64,000 bases of DNA from an uncultured delta proteobacterium (GCA_963814585.1 CAWFDF010000004.1:384001-448000); one strand, 5' to 3'; counted from the stretch's first letter, positions 1-10,652 are shown. The notes: generated by a model from the sequence alone, not told the origin. Made by a program: numbers and translations.

Positions 1-131
1 GCCCCTGCGTGCCCCTTGCCGACGGCGGCGAGGTCGGATATCTCCCTACTTTTTGGGGGCCCTTGCCTCCCGATTCTTGGTGCTCTCACCGATACGCCGG
101 ACCAGCAAGCCGTCCCGTGCCAGGCAACCCG

Positions 132-1623
132 ATGCGCTCGACCTCGTCCACCCGCACCTCCGCGCTGTCGCTCCTGGTCTCGGGAATGGCGCTGGTGCTG
201 CAGCCGCCGTGGGCGCTCGCCGAGACGGCGGAGTCCAGCGCCGAGGAGGGGCGGCCCGGCTTCGAAGGCGCGAGGGAGCTCCACCCCCTCGATCCCGGCC
301 AGCTCCGGTTCGAGGGCGACCCCCCGAGGCAGGCCGACCTCCGGCTCCAGGGGGAGCTGCGCCCCCGGCCGGCCCATCCGGCCCTCACCGCCGCGGTGGA
401 GTCCCTCGACGGTCTTCGCGGCCTGGACGACCTACAACCGGCTCTCCGGCACCAAGAGCTGGGCTGCGGTCACGCCCGAGAGCGTCCGGGACAACCTCTC
501 GTCGGGCTGGGTCCTCGACGACGACCCCTTCTACACGAACCAGATGGGCCACCCGTACCAGGGGAGCCTCTCGTTCGGCGCGGCCCGCTCCGCCGGCCTC
601 GGCTTCTGGGCGTCGTCCGCCTACCCGTTCGCCTTCAGCGCCCTCTGGGAGCTGGCGGGCGAGACCGAGCGCGCGTCCATCAACGACCAGGTCACCACCA
701 CCGTGGGCGGCATCGTCCTCGGCGAGATCCTCTACCGCGCCTCCGACTGGATCCGCGGGGACGGCCGGAGCGTCTGGCGGCATGCCGTGGCCACGCTGCT
801 CTCGCCCGTGAGCACCGTCAACCGGACGCTGGTGGTGGGCGGCGATCCCGAGCCGCCCGCCCCCCTGCGGCTCTCGGCCGGGGTGGGGGCGCTCACCACC
901 ACGGCGTTCGATGCCGGCGCCGGCCGCGTGGCGCCGTCCCTCGACCTCCGGCTCACCCTCGGCGTCCCGGGCTCGCCGGGCTGGAAGTTCGAGCGGCCCT
1001 TCGACCACTTCGACGCGGTCCTGCTCTACGCCTCGACGCCCGACCCGGTCTTCTCGCTCCGGGCGCGAGGGCTGATGGTCGGCCGCGAGTTCGCGGAGGC
1101 TGCGACGGGCGGCGGCCTCTGGGGGCTCTGGCTCTCCTTCGACCTGGTGGGTCCCAGCACGCGGCGGGTCTCCACCAGCGCCCTCGGGGTCGGCGCCACC
1201 GGCCGCTGGGCGCTCGGGCCGGCGCTGACGCTGGAAGGGACGGCGGTCGGCTCCGCGGTGCTGCTCGGCGCCTCCGGGGTGACTGCCCCGGTGGGGGAGC
1301 GGGCCTACCGCTTCGGCCCCGGCGCGCAGGGGGTCCTGGAGACCTACGTCTCGCTCGGCGATCGGTTCAGGGCGGGTCTCGAGCTTCGTCCCTACCTGGT
1401 GGTGGCGGCCGGCGAGCCCCGCGGGCGCGACGTCCTGCTCGAGGGCGAGGCCCTGGCGCGGGTGCGGCTCTTCGGCCACCACGCCCTCGAGGTGTCCGCC
1501 ACCCGCACCTTGCGGTGGGCGACCGATGGCAACGGCCTGGGCACGCAGGACGGCGTGACGCAGTCGATGGTCTCCTGGCGCTGGGCGGTCGAGCCGCTCG
1601 GGGCCGGCGTGGCCCGGGGCTGA
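132..1623 (+). CDS. DUF3943-like exported/outer-membrane protein; apparent +1 frameshift at ~409
   Basis: Signal-peptide-like N-terminus from ATG132 is in one frame; the motif DDDPFYTNQMGHPYQG...LWELAGETERASINDQVTTTVGG is in the 16..1623 frame. Removing A409 joins them (ESLAVFAAW). Confidence 0.75.
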
Positions 1624-1708
1624 CCGGCGCCTCCGGCCGCGGTGACGCGGTCCGACCTGCGCCCGTCCGGGCGAGGCGCCGGGTCGACGCCGGCGCTACA
1701 TTGAAGAG

Positions 1709-2560
1709 ATGGCGTCCGCACCACCCAGCCTGACCCGGCGCGAGTTCCTCCGTGGCGCCGCCGCGCTCGCCGTCGGCGCGTCCCTCCCGGGCCCGGCGCT
1801 CGCCAGCGAGGCCGGGGACAGCGCCATCCGCGTGGAGGCGGTGACGCTCGGCGTCCCCGGGCTCGACCCGGCCCATGATGGGCTGCGGGTGGCGCAGCTC
1901 TCCGATCTCCACGTCGGCCGCCGCACGCCGCCGGCCCGCATCCAGGCGGCCCTGGACGCCGCGAACGCCTTCGAGCCGGACCTGGTCGTGCTCACCGGCG
2001 ACTACCTCTCCCACAGCCAGCAGGGTGTGGGGCTCCTGCGGGAGGCCCTCGGCGGTCTCGCGGCGCCCACCGTGGCGGTGCTCGGCAACCACGACCACTG
2101 GGTCGACCCCAAGGGCGCCACGGCCGCGCTCGAGGGACTCGGCTACGCGGTGCTCAGCAACCAGCACACCGTGCTCCGGCTCCGGGGCGCGCCGTTCACG
2201 GTGATCGGCGTGGACGACCTCGTCACCCGGCATGCCGATCCGGCCCGGGCCCTGGCCGGCGCGCCGGTCGGCTCGCGGCTGGTGCTGGCCCACGCGCCGC
2301 GCACCGCCGACCTCCTGCGCGACGCCGCCAGCCCGCTGGTGGTCCTCTCCGGCCACACCCACGGTGGCCAGATCACCATCCCGATCCTGACGCCGCTCCT
2401 GGCGAGGCTGGTGGCGGGTGAGCCCTACCTGCGGGGCAGCTTCCGGGTGGGCTCGGTGGCGCTCTACGTGAACCGGGGCGTGGGCAACACCGTGACCACG
2501 ATGCGGCTCAACTCCGACCCGGAGGTCACCACGGCGACCCTGCGCGTCGTCGAGGGTTGA
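1709..2560 (+). CDS. Calcineurin-like metallophosphoesterase (YkuE-like) with Tat signal
   Basis: TRREFL twin-arginine motif; DLH, GD, GNHD, H and GHTH metal-binding motifs. Confidence 0.9.
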   Translation: MASAPPSLTRREFLRGAAALAVGASLPGPALASEAGDSAIRVEAVTLGVPGLDPAHDGLRVAQLSDLHVGRRTPPARIQAALDAANAFEPDLVVLTGDYLSHSQQGVGLLREALGGLAAPTVAVLGNHDHWVDPKGATAALEGLGYAVLSNQHTVLRLRGAPFTVIGVDDLVTRHADPARALAGAPVGSRLVLAHAPRTADLLRDAASPLVVLSGHTHGGQITIPILTPLLARLVAGEPYLRGSFRVGSVALYVNRGVGNTVTTMRLNSDPEVTTATLRVVEG

Positions 2561-2680
2561 GCGGCCCGCGGGCCGCCTGCCTGCCGCGCCGGGAGGCCGG
2601 ATCACCCGCCGGACGGTGGCGATTGCGCCCGCCCATCCGGCTCGCCATGATGCCGGCTCCACGCCCCTCGGGAGGCACCC

Positions 2681-3460
2681 ATGGACGCCGCCACGCTCGC
2701 CAAGCACCTCGAGACCCACCTGCGGGTCGCCACCTTCCCCGTCGGCATCCTGCCGCTGGCCCCCGGCGCGCCCATCCCGCCCAAGGCCAGGCGGCCCAGG
2801 AAGGACCTCGGCGTCGAGGTGGCCATCTGCCAGTCGATCAGCTTCGCCCGGCGCTACGGCTGGACGCTGGCCTTCTCCGGCGAGGACCTCTCCTGCCCCA
2901 TCGCCAAGGTGGCCTTCGGCTTCCGCGACCGCATCGACTTCTACGCCAAGGGCTCGCTGGCCGAGGGCATGTACGCCTCCTGCGCCGAGGCCGGGAAGGC
3001 CTTCGAGGAGGCGCTGCCCCGCTTCGCCCGCGACGAGGTGAGCGCGGTGGTGGTGGGCCCGCTCGCCCGCATCGCCTGGGCCCCGGAGACGGTGGTGGTC
3101 TACGGCAACTCGGCCCAGGTGCTCCGCCTCGTCAATGCCGCCCTGTTCGAGAAGGGGGGCGCCTTCAAGACCGAGTTCACCGGCCGCGGCGACTGCGCCG
3201 ACATCGTCATCCGCACCCGGCAGACCGGGGAGCCGCAGCTCATCCTCCCCTGCTACGGCGACCGGATCTTCGGGCTGGCGGCCGACGACGAGATGGCGTT
3301 CACCTTCCCCTTCGCCCAGGCCGAGACCATCGTGAAGGGGCTGGAGGGGACGCACGCCGGGGGCATCCGCTACCCCATCCCCCTCTACCAGCGGTTCACC
3401 GCCGAGTACCCGCCGACCTACCAGGAGCTGGAGCGGCGCTGGAAGGCGGGCGAGGCGTAG
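2681..3460 (+). CDS. DUF169 family protein
   Basis: ICQ..FARRYG, LSCP, GDCAD, PCYGDR and DDEMAF motifs; GGAGG RBS upstream. Confidence 0.85.
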   Translation: MDAATLAKHLETHLRVATFPVGILPLAPGAPIPPKARRPRKDLGVEVAICQSISFARRYGWTLAFSGEDLSCPIAKVAFGFRDRIDFYAKGSLAEGMYASCAEAGKAFEEALPRFARDEVSAVVVGPLARIAWAPETVVVYGNSAQVLRLVNAALFEKGGAFKTEFTGRGDCADIVIRTRQTGEPQLILPCYGDRIFGLAADDEMAFTFPFAQAETIVKGLEGTHAGGIRYPIPLYQRFTAEYPPTYQELERRWKAGEA

Positions 3461-3562
3461 TTCCGCACGTCAGGCGTCCTCTCCCAGCGCTTCACCGCCG
3501 AGTACCCGCCGACCCACCAGGAGCTGGAGCGGCGCTGGAAGGCGGGCGAGGCGTAGTTCCGC
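3382..3562 (+). repeat. Tandem duplication of the DUF169 gene 3' end (85 bp, period 96)
   Basis: 3382-3466 matches 3478-3562 with 3 mismatches. Confidence 0.95.
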
Positions 3563-3565
3563 GCC

Positions 3566-4783
3566 TCAGCGGTCCCGGGCCGGTCCTGCGAGGCCATCCC
3601 GGGGCGCGGATCCAGGCCCACGCACCGGCCGCCCCGCCTCGGCCAGCACCGTCACCCGGGAGGCCGCGCCGAGCGCCAGCCCGTCGCCGCGCGGCTCGAC
3701 GCCCTCCAGCGCCACCACGTCGCCGCGCCGCAGGGTCTCGAAGGGCCGGTTGGCGTCGCCGACGTGCTTCTGCTGCAGGGCCAGCCCCTTCCGGCCGTCC
3801 GGCCCGCACCCCATGTAGCGGAGCCGCCCCTTGCCGGCCAGCGGCTCGGAGACGATGCGGAAGACCTGCCCGGGCGGCGGCTCGGCCCAGGGCTCGCCGG
3901 GCGGCGCCACCACCAGGTAGCTCATCTTGATGGCCTCCTTGCGCAGGCCGGCCGCCTTCCCGATCTGCGCCACCAGCGGAGGCGGGTCGATGGCCCGCTC
4001 GGCGTGGCACCAGTCGGTCTCCCTCGAGAGCGCCGGGCAGGCGCCGCGGAAGAGGCAGGGCGCCCGCACCGCCAGGCCACGTTCCACCAGCAGGTCGCGC
4101 ACCCGCAGCAGCGCCCGCGAGGTGTCGCGCAGCGCCGGCTCGATCACCACCAGGGACCCGCCGGGCGCCAGCGCGCCGGCCGCCTCCTCGAGCAGCGCCG
4201 CCCGCCTCGCCTCCGCCCCCTCGCCCTTCCAGAGCTCGTTGACGACGTGGCCGAGCGTGATGACGTCCGGCGGCTGGCCGCCGGCCAGCCCGGCCAGCGG
4301 CTGGCCGTGGGTGGGGTTCCACTCCCGCGTCGCGAGCGGCTCGCCGGAGAGGCGCGCCAGCTCGCGCGCGGCCGCGAGCGCCTGCCTGGCCCGATCGCAG
4401 GCGGTCACCTCGGCCGCCCCGGCGTCGAGCGCCGCGAAGGCCAGCGGCCCGGGGCCGCTGCCGAGGTCGAGCACGCGGCGCGGCCGGTGAGGCAGCTCGG
4501 AGAGGACCCCGCGCGCCTGCAGGTAGGAGACGGGCCAGTAGAAGAGCAGGTAGGCGCCGAGCAGCCGCTCGTCGTCGAGGTAGCGGGCGCCGGCCAGCTC
4601 CCGCTCCCGCGTCAGGCCGGTGGAGAGGCGGGTCACGGCCGCCCCGACCTCGCGCAGCTCGTCGGGCAGGAGCGCCTCGGGGGGCGGGCGCGGGCCGCCG
4701 CGGCGGGCTGCCGGTCGCGCGGCGCGCCAGGTCGCGAGCAGGCGGGGGATCCAGGCGGCCAGGTCGTCGGCGGGGGTGCCCAC
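3566..4783 (-). CDS. Class I SAM methyltransferase, Rsm22/METTL17 family
   Basis: AYLLFYWP, VLDLGSGPG, IEPA and APC..GACP...WCH motifs. Confidence 0.85.
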   Translation of the reverse strand: MGTPADDLAAWIPRLLATWRAARPAARRGGPRPPPEALLPDELREVGAAVTRLSTGLTRERELAGARYLDDERLLGAYLLFYWPVSYLQARGVLSELPHRPRRVLDLGSGPGPLAFAALDAGAAEVTACDRARQALAAARELARLSGEPLATREWNPTHGQPLAGLAGGQPPDVITLGHVVNELWKGEGAEARRAALLEEAAGALAPGGSLVVIEPALRDTSRALLRVRDLLVERGLAVRAPCLFRGACPALSRETDWCHAERAIDPPPLVAQIGKAAGLRKEAIKMSYLVVAPPGEPWAEPPPGQVFRIVSEPLAGKGRLRYMGCGPDGRKGLALQQKHVGDANRPFETLRRGDVVALEGVEPRGDGLALGAASRVTVLAEAGRPVRGPGSAPRDGLAGPARDR

Positions 4784-4890
4784 GGACGAGTCCTAGCATG
4801 GCCGCCCCGCCCCGGTCCCCGCCTCGACCTGTTCTCCGGAGCCCTGGATTCACATAGGGTGGCGCTCTCGAACCCGCTCTCGAACCCGGA

Positions 4891-5655
4891 GTGTTCCTGC
4901 CGTCCAGCTCTCGGTCCTCGCCGCACCTCGACCCCGCTGGCCCGGCGCGCCCCGTGCGCGGCCGCTGGTGGCCCGCGTGGCTGCTCGGCGTGGCAGTCGG
5001 CGCGCTTCCCCTGGCCGGGATGACCCAGGAGCTCCCGGACCCGACGCTGCCGGGCCCCGGCCTCGCCCCCGAACGGTCGCCCTCGCCCCGGCCGGGACCC
5101 GCCCGGCCCTGGCGGCACGCCGGCTGGTACTACGGCGGCGGGATCGGCCTGGGCGACGCCACCGCCGGCGGCGCCGGCACGTACCACTCGCTCGAGGCCC
5201 TGAATGGCGGCCGCTCGGTGACGCCCTGGTCACTCGACTTCCGGGGCGGGTACACGCTGCGCCCCGACCTTCGGCTCGGCCTGGCCATCGGAGCCGTCTA
5301 CTCCAAGGCCATCCAGTCCGGGCTCGAGAGCACCGCCGTGGTCAGCCACCTGGGCGGGGAGCTCTCCTGGCACCCGCGCGGCGACGGCCCGTTCGCCCGG
5401 GTCGAGCTGGGGCTCGGGATCCTGCAGGCGACCGGGGACATGGCCCTCGACACCGGCGGCCGGGACATCAGCCGCACCGGGCCGGCGCTGACCCTGGGTG
5501 GCGGCTACCTTCTCGCATGGCACCACCTGGGCATCGCTCACCTGGCCTTCAGCGCCAATCTCTCATGGGCCCACTACGGCGGCTCCGGGGGAGCGGGAGG
5601 CCAGCTGGGCTGGTCGCTGGCCTGGACCGGGCGGGTCGGCGTCGACGTCTGGTGA
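4891..5655 (+). CDS. Putative outer-membrane beta-barrel protein (start uncertain)
   Basis: Hydrophobic signal region, alternating Gly/aromatic beta-strand pattern, C-terminal W. Confidence 0.6.
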   Translation: MFLPSSSRSSPHLDPAGPARPVRGRWWPAWLLGVAVGALPLAGMTQELPDPTLPGPGLAPERSPSPRPGPARPWRHAGWYYGGGIGLGDATAGGAGTYHSLEALNGGRSVTPWSLDFRGGYTLRPDLRLGLAIGAVYSKAIQSGLESTAVVSHLGGELSWHPRGDGPFARVELGLGILQATGDMALDTGGRDISRTGPALTLGGGYLLAWHHLGIAHLAFSANLSWAHYGGSGGAGGQLGWSLAWTGRVGVDVW

Positions 5656-5667
5656 GCGCGGCGCCCC

Positions 5668-6132
5668 TCAGCAGCCGTCCAGCCGGACCACCTCGGTGGT
5701 TCGGCAGGCCGTGAAGCCATCGCCCTCGTCGGCCTCCAGCTCGACCTGGTTGAGCCCCGGCGCCAGCGGCACCTCGGCGCTCCAGGTGGCGCCCTGGCAG
5801 GCCGTGGCCGAGAACGGCCAGCAGCTCGAGGTCCGGTAGGTGCCGGGCACCTCGCCGGCGTCACCGGTCGTCAGGTTCCGCCAGGTGACCCGGACGGTCC
5901 AGGGCGGCGGACAGGGCGCGCCGCACTCGCCGTAGTCGAAGGCCACGCCGCCCACCACGGCGCTGGCGGCGCAGACCGGGGGGATGGTCCCACCGAGCTC
6001 GATGGCGGCCGGGTCGAGGGTGCAGCGGAGCCGGTCGTCACCGAGATCGCAGCCGGCGGCCGCGATCGCCAGCAGGGCGGCCAGGGGGAGGCCGCCCCGG
6101 CTCGCCACCCACCTCGTGCCGGCAACGGGCAT
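5668..6132 (-). CDS. Hypothetical Cys-rich lipoprotein
   Basis: Lipobox AAAGC after a hydrophobic stretch; Ig-like VPLAPGLNQVEL motif. Confidence 0.6.
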   Translation of the reverse strand: MPVAGTRWVASRGGLPLAALLAIAAAGCDLGDDRLRCTLDPAAIELGGTIPPVCAASAVVGGVAFDYGECGAPCPPPWTVRVTWRNLTTGDAGEVPGTYRTSSCWPFSATACQGATWSAEVPLAPGLNQVELEADEGDGFTACRTTEVVRLDGC

Positions 6133-6218
6133 GCGGCCAGCCTACCAGGAGCCGCGCCGGGGCGGAGGACCCGCCCACACCTCCACAGGGAAACTGGCCG
6201 CTCCCCCCGGAACGTGAA

Positions 6219-6695
6219 ATGATGAGCCACATGCCGACAATCCGGCCCAAGACCACCGCCGCGAAGAAGGCCCCCGTGGCCCAGGCTCCCGCTGCGCGCC
6301 CCGACCCTGCCAGCGCCCCGCTGACCGAGAAGCTGAACGTCAAGCCCGGCACCACCATCGTGGTGCTGGGGGCGCCCGCCGGCTACCGGCAGAAGCTCGG
6401 CCCGCTCCCCGAGGGCGCACGGCTGGTGAACGTGGTCCCGGCCGAGGCCGCCTTCGTCCACCTCTTCGCCCGCGACGGCGCCGCGCTCTCCTCCCGCCTG
6501 CGCGAGGTCTCGCCGCGCCTCACCGCCGACGCCACCGTCTGGATCAGCTTCCCCAAGGCCGACTCCGGCGCCGGGTCCGACCTGAGCCGGGAGAAGATCC
6601 GTGCGCTGGCGGGCCCGTTCGGCCTGGAGCCCGTCTCCGTGATCGCGCTCGACAAGATCTGGGCGGGCCTGCGCTTCAAGCGCGTCCCCAGGTAG
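6219..6695 (+). CDS. DUF3052-like protein
   Basis: KLNVKPG, VWISFPK, SDLSRE and VIALDKIWAGLRFK motifs. Confidence 0.75.
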   Translation: MMSHMPTIRPKTTAAKKAPVAQAPAARPDPASAPLTEKLNVKPGTTIVVLGAPAGYRQKLGPLPEGARLVNVVPAEAAFVHLFARDGAALSSRLREVSPRLTADATVWISFPKADSGAGSDLSREKIRALAGPFGLEPVSVIALDKIWAGLRFKRVPR

Positions 6696-6762
6696 CGCCC
6701 ACCGCCACCCCGCCTGCGACCCCGCCTGCTGCGGCGGGGGCTGGCCCCCGTCCCGGGGTGGC

Positions 6763-7677
6763 TCACTCCGGCAGCGGCAGCTCCACCACCATCCCGTCGC
6801 TGGCCACCTCGACCGCGCCGAACTCGGCGCGGGCCTGCTGGAGCAGCGTGCCGGTGTCGCGATCGTAGCGGGTGGAGAGGTGGGTCAGGATCAGCCGGCC
6901 CACCCCGGCCTGGCGGGCCACGCCGGCCGCCTCGCGCGCCGTGGAGTGCAGGGTCTCGGCCGCCCGCGCCGCCTCCGCGTCGCCGAAGGTGGAGTCGTGG
7001 ACCAGGAGGTCCGCACCCCGGGCCGCCGCCACCGTGGCGGCGCAGGGCCGGGTGTCGCCGGTGATGACGACCCTGCGTCCGCGCCGCGCCCCGTCCACCA
7101 CCTGGCCCGGCTCGACGCGGCGACCGTCGGGCAGCGTCACCGCCCGCCCGTGCTGCAGCTCCCCGAAGAGCGGCCCGGGCGGCACCCCCTGCGCCACGGC
7201 CCGCTCGACGTGGAAGCGGCCAGGCCGGTCGTCCTCGACCAGCGCCCAGCCACAGGAGGCCAGCTTGTGCTCGGTGGCGAAGGCCACCAGCCGGCACCCC
7301 TCGCGGCGCACCTCGTCGCCGGGGGCCACCTCGTGGATCCTCACCTCGAAGCTCAGCTTCTCGACGCCGCTGAAGAGCATGACGTCGAGCAGCTTGCGGG
7401 CCGGGCGCGGGCCGTAGAGGTCGAGCGGCTCGGTCCGCCCCTGCATGGAGAGCGTCCGCAGGAAGCCGATGGCGCCGAGGTAGTGGTCGGCGTGGAAATG
7501 GGTGAAGCAGATGGCGGCCACGTCGAAGCCCGTGCCGTAACGGATCATCTGGCGCTGCGTCCCCTCCCCGCAGTCGACGAGGAAGAGCTCCCGCTCCCGG
7601 CGCAGCGCGTGGCCGGTGAGGTTCCGCCCGATGGTGGGCTGGGCGGCCGAGGTGCCGAGGAAGGTGAGGCGGAGCAT
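6763..7677 (-). CDS. rnz: Ribonuclease Z
   Basis: FLGTSAAQPT, DCGEGTQ, THFHADH, GDTRPC, HDSTF and LTHLSTRY motifs. Confidence 0.95.
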   Translation of the reverse strand: MLRLTFLGTSAAQPTIGRNLTGHALRRERELFLVDCGEGTQRQMIRYGTGFDVAAICFTHFHADHYLGAIGFLRTLSMQGRTEPLDLYGPRPARKLLDVMLFSGVEKLSFEVRIHEVAPGDEVRREGCRLVAFATEHKLASCGWALVEDDRPGRFHVERAVAQGVPPGPLFGELQHGRAVTLPDGRRVEPGQVVDGARRGRRVVITGDTRPCAATVAAARGADLLVHDSTFGDAEAARAAETLHSTAREAAGVARQAGVGRLILTHLSTRYDRDTGTLLQQARAEFGAVEVASDGMVVELPLPE

Positions 7678-7720
7678 CGGGACGGGCCCCGCCCGGCGCC
7701 GCGGCGCCAGGCGGATCGCC

Positions 7721-8368
7721 TCAGGTCTTGGGGACCTTCTCCCAGTCGGCGAGGAACTGCTTCAGCCCCTTGTCGGTGAGCGGGTGCTGGGCCAGCTGCT
7801 CGATCACCTTGTACGGGATGGTGGCCACGTCGGCGCCGATGCGAGCCGCCTGCAGGACGTGGATGGGGTGGCGGACGCTGGCCACCAGCACCTGGGTCTT
7901 GAAGCCGTAGTTCGAGTAGATCTCGACGATTTGCTCGACGAGCTGCATCCCGTCCTCGGAGACGTCGTCGAGCCGGCCGACGAAGGGCGAGACGTAGGTG
8001 GCCCCGGCCTTGGCGGCCAGCAGCGCCTGCACCGCCGAGAAGCAGAGGGTGACGTTGGTCTTCACGCCCTTGGCGCTCAAGGCCTTGGTGGCCTTGAGCC
8101 CCTCGACGATGAGCGGCACCTTGATGACGATGTCGGGGCCGAAGCGGGTGAAGTGCTCGGCCTCCCGGAGCATGCCCTCGCAGTCGACCGCGGTGACCTC
8201 GGCGCTGATGGGCCCGGGCTTGAGGGCCACGATCTCGGCCAGCACGTCGTCGAACTTGCGACCGGTCTTGGCCACCAGCGACGGGTTGGTGGTGACGCCG
8301 TCGCACAGGCCCATGGCCAGGGCCTTCTTGATCTCGCCGAGGTCGGCCGAGTCGATGAAGAACTTCAT
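7721..8368 (-). CDS. fsa: Fructose-6-phosphate aldolase / type 3 transaldolase
   Basis: [21 protein letters not shown] and [11 protein letters not shown] motifs. Confidence 0.93.
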   Translation of the reverse strand: MKFFIDSADLGEIKKALAMGLCDGVTTNPSLVAKTGRKFDDVLAEIVALKPGPISAEVTAVDCEGMLREAEHFTRFGPDIVIKVPLIVEGLKATKALSAKGVKTNVTLCFSAVQALLAAKAGATYVSPFVGRLDDVSEDGMQLVEQIVEIYSNYGFKTQVLVASVRHPIHVLQAARIGADVATIPYKVIEQLAQHPLTDKGLKQFLADWEKVPKT

Positions 8369-8460
8369 CTGGGGCTCTCCGGAAGGGGTGAGGAGGCTTG
8401 CCCATAGCGCGCCGGCGTGGGCGCCCGCAAGCGCCACCGACGTGCCATACTGCGCCGCGC

Positions 8461-9709
8461 ATGCCGACTCGTCGTCGCCCCGGCGCCGCGCGCCCCACCA
8501 AGTCCGCGCGTCCCACCAAGGTACACGCGCCCTCCCAGGCCGGGAAGGCCGCCTCACCGAGGCCGCGCGCTCCCAGTCCGGAAGGCCCGCTCTCACCGAG
8601 GCCGCGCGCCCACCAGGCCGGCGCGCCTCACCAAGGCCGCGCGTCCCCCAGGCCGAGGTCCCACCGAGGCCGCGCGCCCTCCCAGGTCCGGGAAGGCTCG
8701 CCCTGCTCCCGCGGCCGCCCTGGCCCGTCCCGTCACGGCGCGGCGCTCGCGAGCGCTCATCGACTACGGCCGGACCGTGCTGGCGGCCGAGGCCGCCGCC
8801 ATCGGCCGCGTCCAGCTGGGCGAGCCCTTCGCCCGGGCCGTCGAGTGGATCCTCGGCTGCACCGGCCGGGTGGTGATCACCGGCATGGGCAAGCCCGGCT
8901 TCGTGGCGCAGAAGATCTCCGCCACCCTGGCCTCCACCGGCACGCCCTCCCACTTCGTCCACCCCGCCGAGGCCGCCCACGGGGACCTCGGCCGCATCGC
9001 CCGCGAGGACGTCATCATCGCCCTCTCCAACTCCGGCGAGACCGAGGAGCTGCTGCGGCTGCTCCCGGCCCTGAAGAAGATCGGCGCCCGGATCGTGGCC
9101 GTCACCAGGGACACGGTGAACCCGCTGGCGCGCGGCGCCGACCTGGCCATCGCCTTCGGAAACGTCGAGGAGGCCTGCCCCATGGGCCTGGCCCCCACCG
9201 CCTCCACCGCGGTGCTGCTGGCGGTGGGCGACGCCCTGGCCATGACCGTGCTGGAGAACCGCGAGTTCTCCAGGGAGGAGTACGCCCTCTTCCACCCCGG
9301 CGGGAAGCTGGGCCGCGGCCTCATGAAGGTGCACGAGCTGATGCGCCAGGGCGAGGCCTGCCCGCTGGTGGCCGAGTCGGCGCCGCTCAGCGCCGCGGTG
9401 GCGGTGATGACCGAGACCCCGGGACGGCCCGGCGCCACCGGCGTCCACGACGCCGCCGGCAAGCTGGTCGGCATCTTCACCGACGGTGACCTACGCCGGC
9501 TGGTGGAGCTGGGGCAGACCGACTTCACCCGTCCGGTGGCGGTCGCCATGGGGCGCCACCCGCGCACCATCCGGCCCGACGACCTGCTGGTGGACGCCGC
9601 CCGGGTGCTCCGCGAGGCCCGCATCGACCAGGTGCCGGTGGTGGACGGCGAGGGCCGCATGGTCGGCCTGCTCGACGTCCAGGACCTGCTGGCCGCCAAG
9701 ATCCTGTGA
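8461..9709 (+). CDS. kdsD: KpsF/GutQ arabinose-5-phosphate isomerase (SIS + 2 CBS); start uncertain, repetitive basic N-terminus probably frameshifted
   Basis: [39 protein letters not shown] and CBS TDGDLRR motifs. ATG8461 is out of frame with the core, which lies in the 8417..9709 frame. Confidence 0.88.
8493..8705 (+). repeat. Degenerate tandem repeats (core CACC[AG]AGGCCGCGCG) upstream of or in the kdsD N-terminus
   Basis: About 6 imperfect copies encoding [18 protein letters not shown] peptides in shifting frames. Confidence 0.75.
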
Positions 9710-9718
9710 GAGTGCCAT

Positions 9719-9990
9719 GCCGCAGGCGAGGTGGCGTCGTGAGCGCGCCGAGACCGGATCGAGGCCGTGCGCCAGAGGAGCGAGCAACGCACGCGCAGTC
9801 AACCTGAGCCGAGCGGACCGACGAGGCCGCCGGCCGCAGGCGAGGTGGCGTCGTGAGCGCGCCGAGACCGGATCGAGGCCGGCGCCCGAGGAGCGAGCAG
9901 CGCACGCGCAGTCAACCTGCGCCGAGCAGCGGACCGCCGAGGCCGCCGGCCGCAGCGAGAGGATTGGCGCTCGCAGCGGTCTTCTCGCAC
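9719..9990. repeat. Structured dispersed repeat (MITE/REP-like): a 114-bp partial copy plus a complete ~154-bp copy in tandem
   Basis: 9719-9832 is repeated from 9833; self-complementary arms; related copies at 10678-10724, 10737-10891 and 24905-24941. Confidence 0.85.
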
Positions 9991-10004
9991 GGGACCGGTC
10001 ACGG

Positions 10005-10652
10005 ATGACCCCCAGCGCGCTCCGCCTCGCCCTCTGCGCCGCCGGCCGCCGGCTGCTGGAGGCCGACCTGATCGCCGCCACCGAGGGCAACCTCTCGGCC
10101 CGGCTCCCCGGCGGCACCTTCCTGGTCACGCCGTCGGGCTGCTCGAAGGCGACGCTGCGGCCCGATGACCTGCTCGAGGTGGACGCGGCCGGGCGGGTGG
10201 TCTCCGGCGCCGGCCGACCCTCCACCGAGCTGGCCATGCACCTGGCCGCCTTCTCGGCCCGCCCCGACGCCATGGCGCTGGTCCATGCCCACCCCGTCAC
10301 CGCGGTGGCGTTCACCATCGCCGGCGCCGCGTGGCCCGGCGACCTGGTCCCCGAGGCGGCGGTGACGCTCGGGCCGGTGGCGATCGCCCCCTTCGCCACC
10401 CCCGGCACCGCCGAGGTGCCGGCCTCGCTGGCGCCGCTCCTGCCGGGCCACGACGTGCTGCTGCTCACCCGCCACGGCGCGCTCTGCCTGGGGCGCACCG
10501 TCGACGAGGCGGTCGGGCGCATGGAGACGCTGGAGCGGGTGGCGCGGATGGCGCTCATCGCCATGGCGGTCGGTCGCTGCGAGCCGCTGCCGCGGGCCGC
10601 GGTGGACGCGGTGCTGCGGGCCGCCGGGAGGCCGCCGCGGGGCGAGCGGTGA
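10005..10652 (+). CDS. Class II aldolase/adducin family protein
   Basis: EGNLSAR, TPSG, PSTELAMH, VHAHP and HGALC motifs. Confidence 0.9.
   Translation: MTPSALRLALCAAGRRLLEADLIAATEGNLSARLPGGTFLVTPSGCSKATLRPDDLLEVDAAGRVVSGAGRPSTELAMHLAAFSARPDAMALVHAHPVTAVAFTIAGAAWPGDLVPEAAVTLGPVAIAPFATPGTAEVPASLAPLLPGHDVLLLTRHGALCLGRTVDEAVGRMETLERVARMALIAMAVGRCEPLPRAAVDAVLRAAGRPPRGER

Noticed and set aside
3382..3562. Diversity-generating retroelement VR/TR pair
   Set aside because: Mismatches are not adenine-specific on either strand, and there is no reverse transcriptase in the window.
4863..4886. 12-bp direct repeat CGCTCTCGAACC x2 between divergent genes
   Set aside because: Too short to tell an operator from a slippage duplication.
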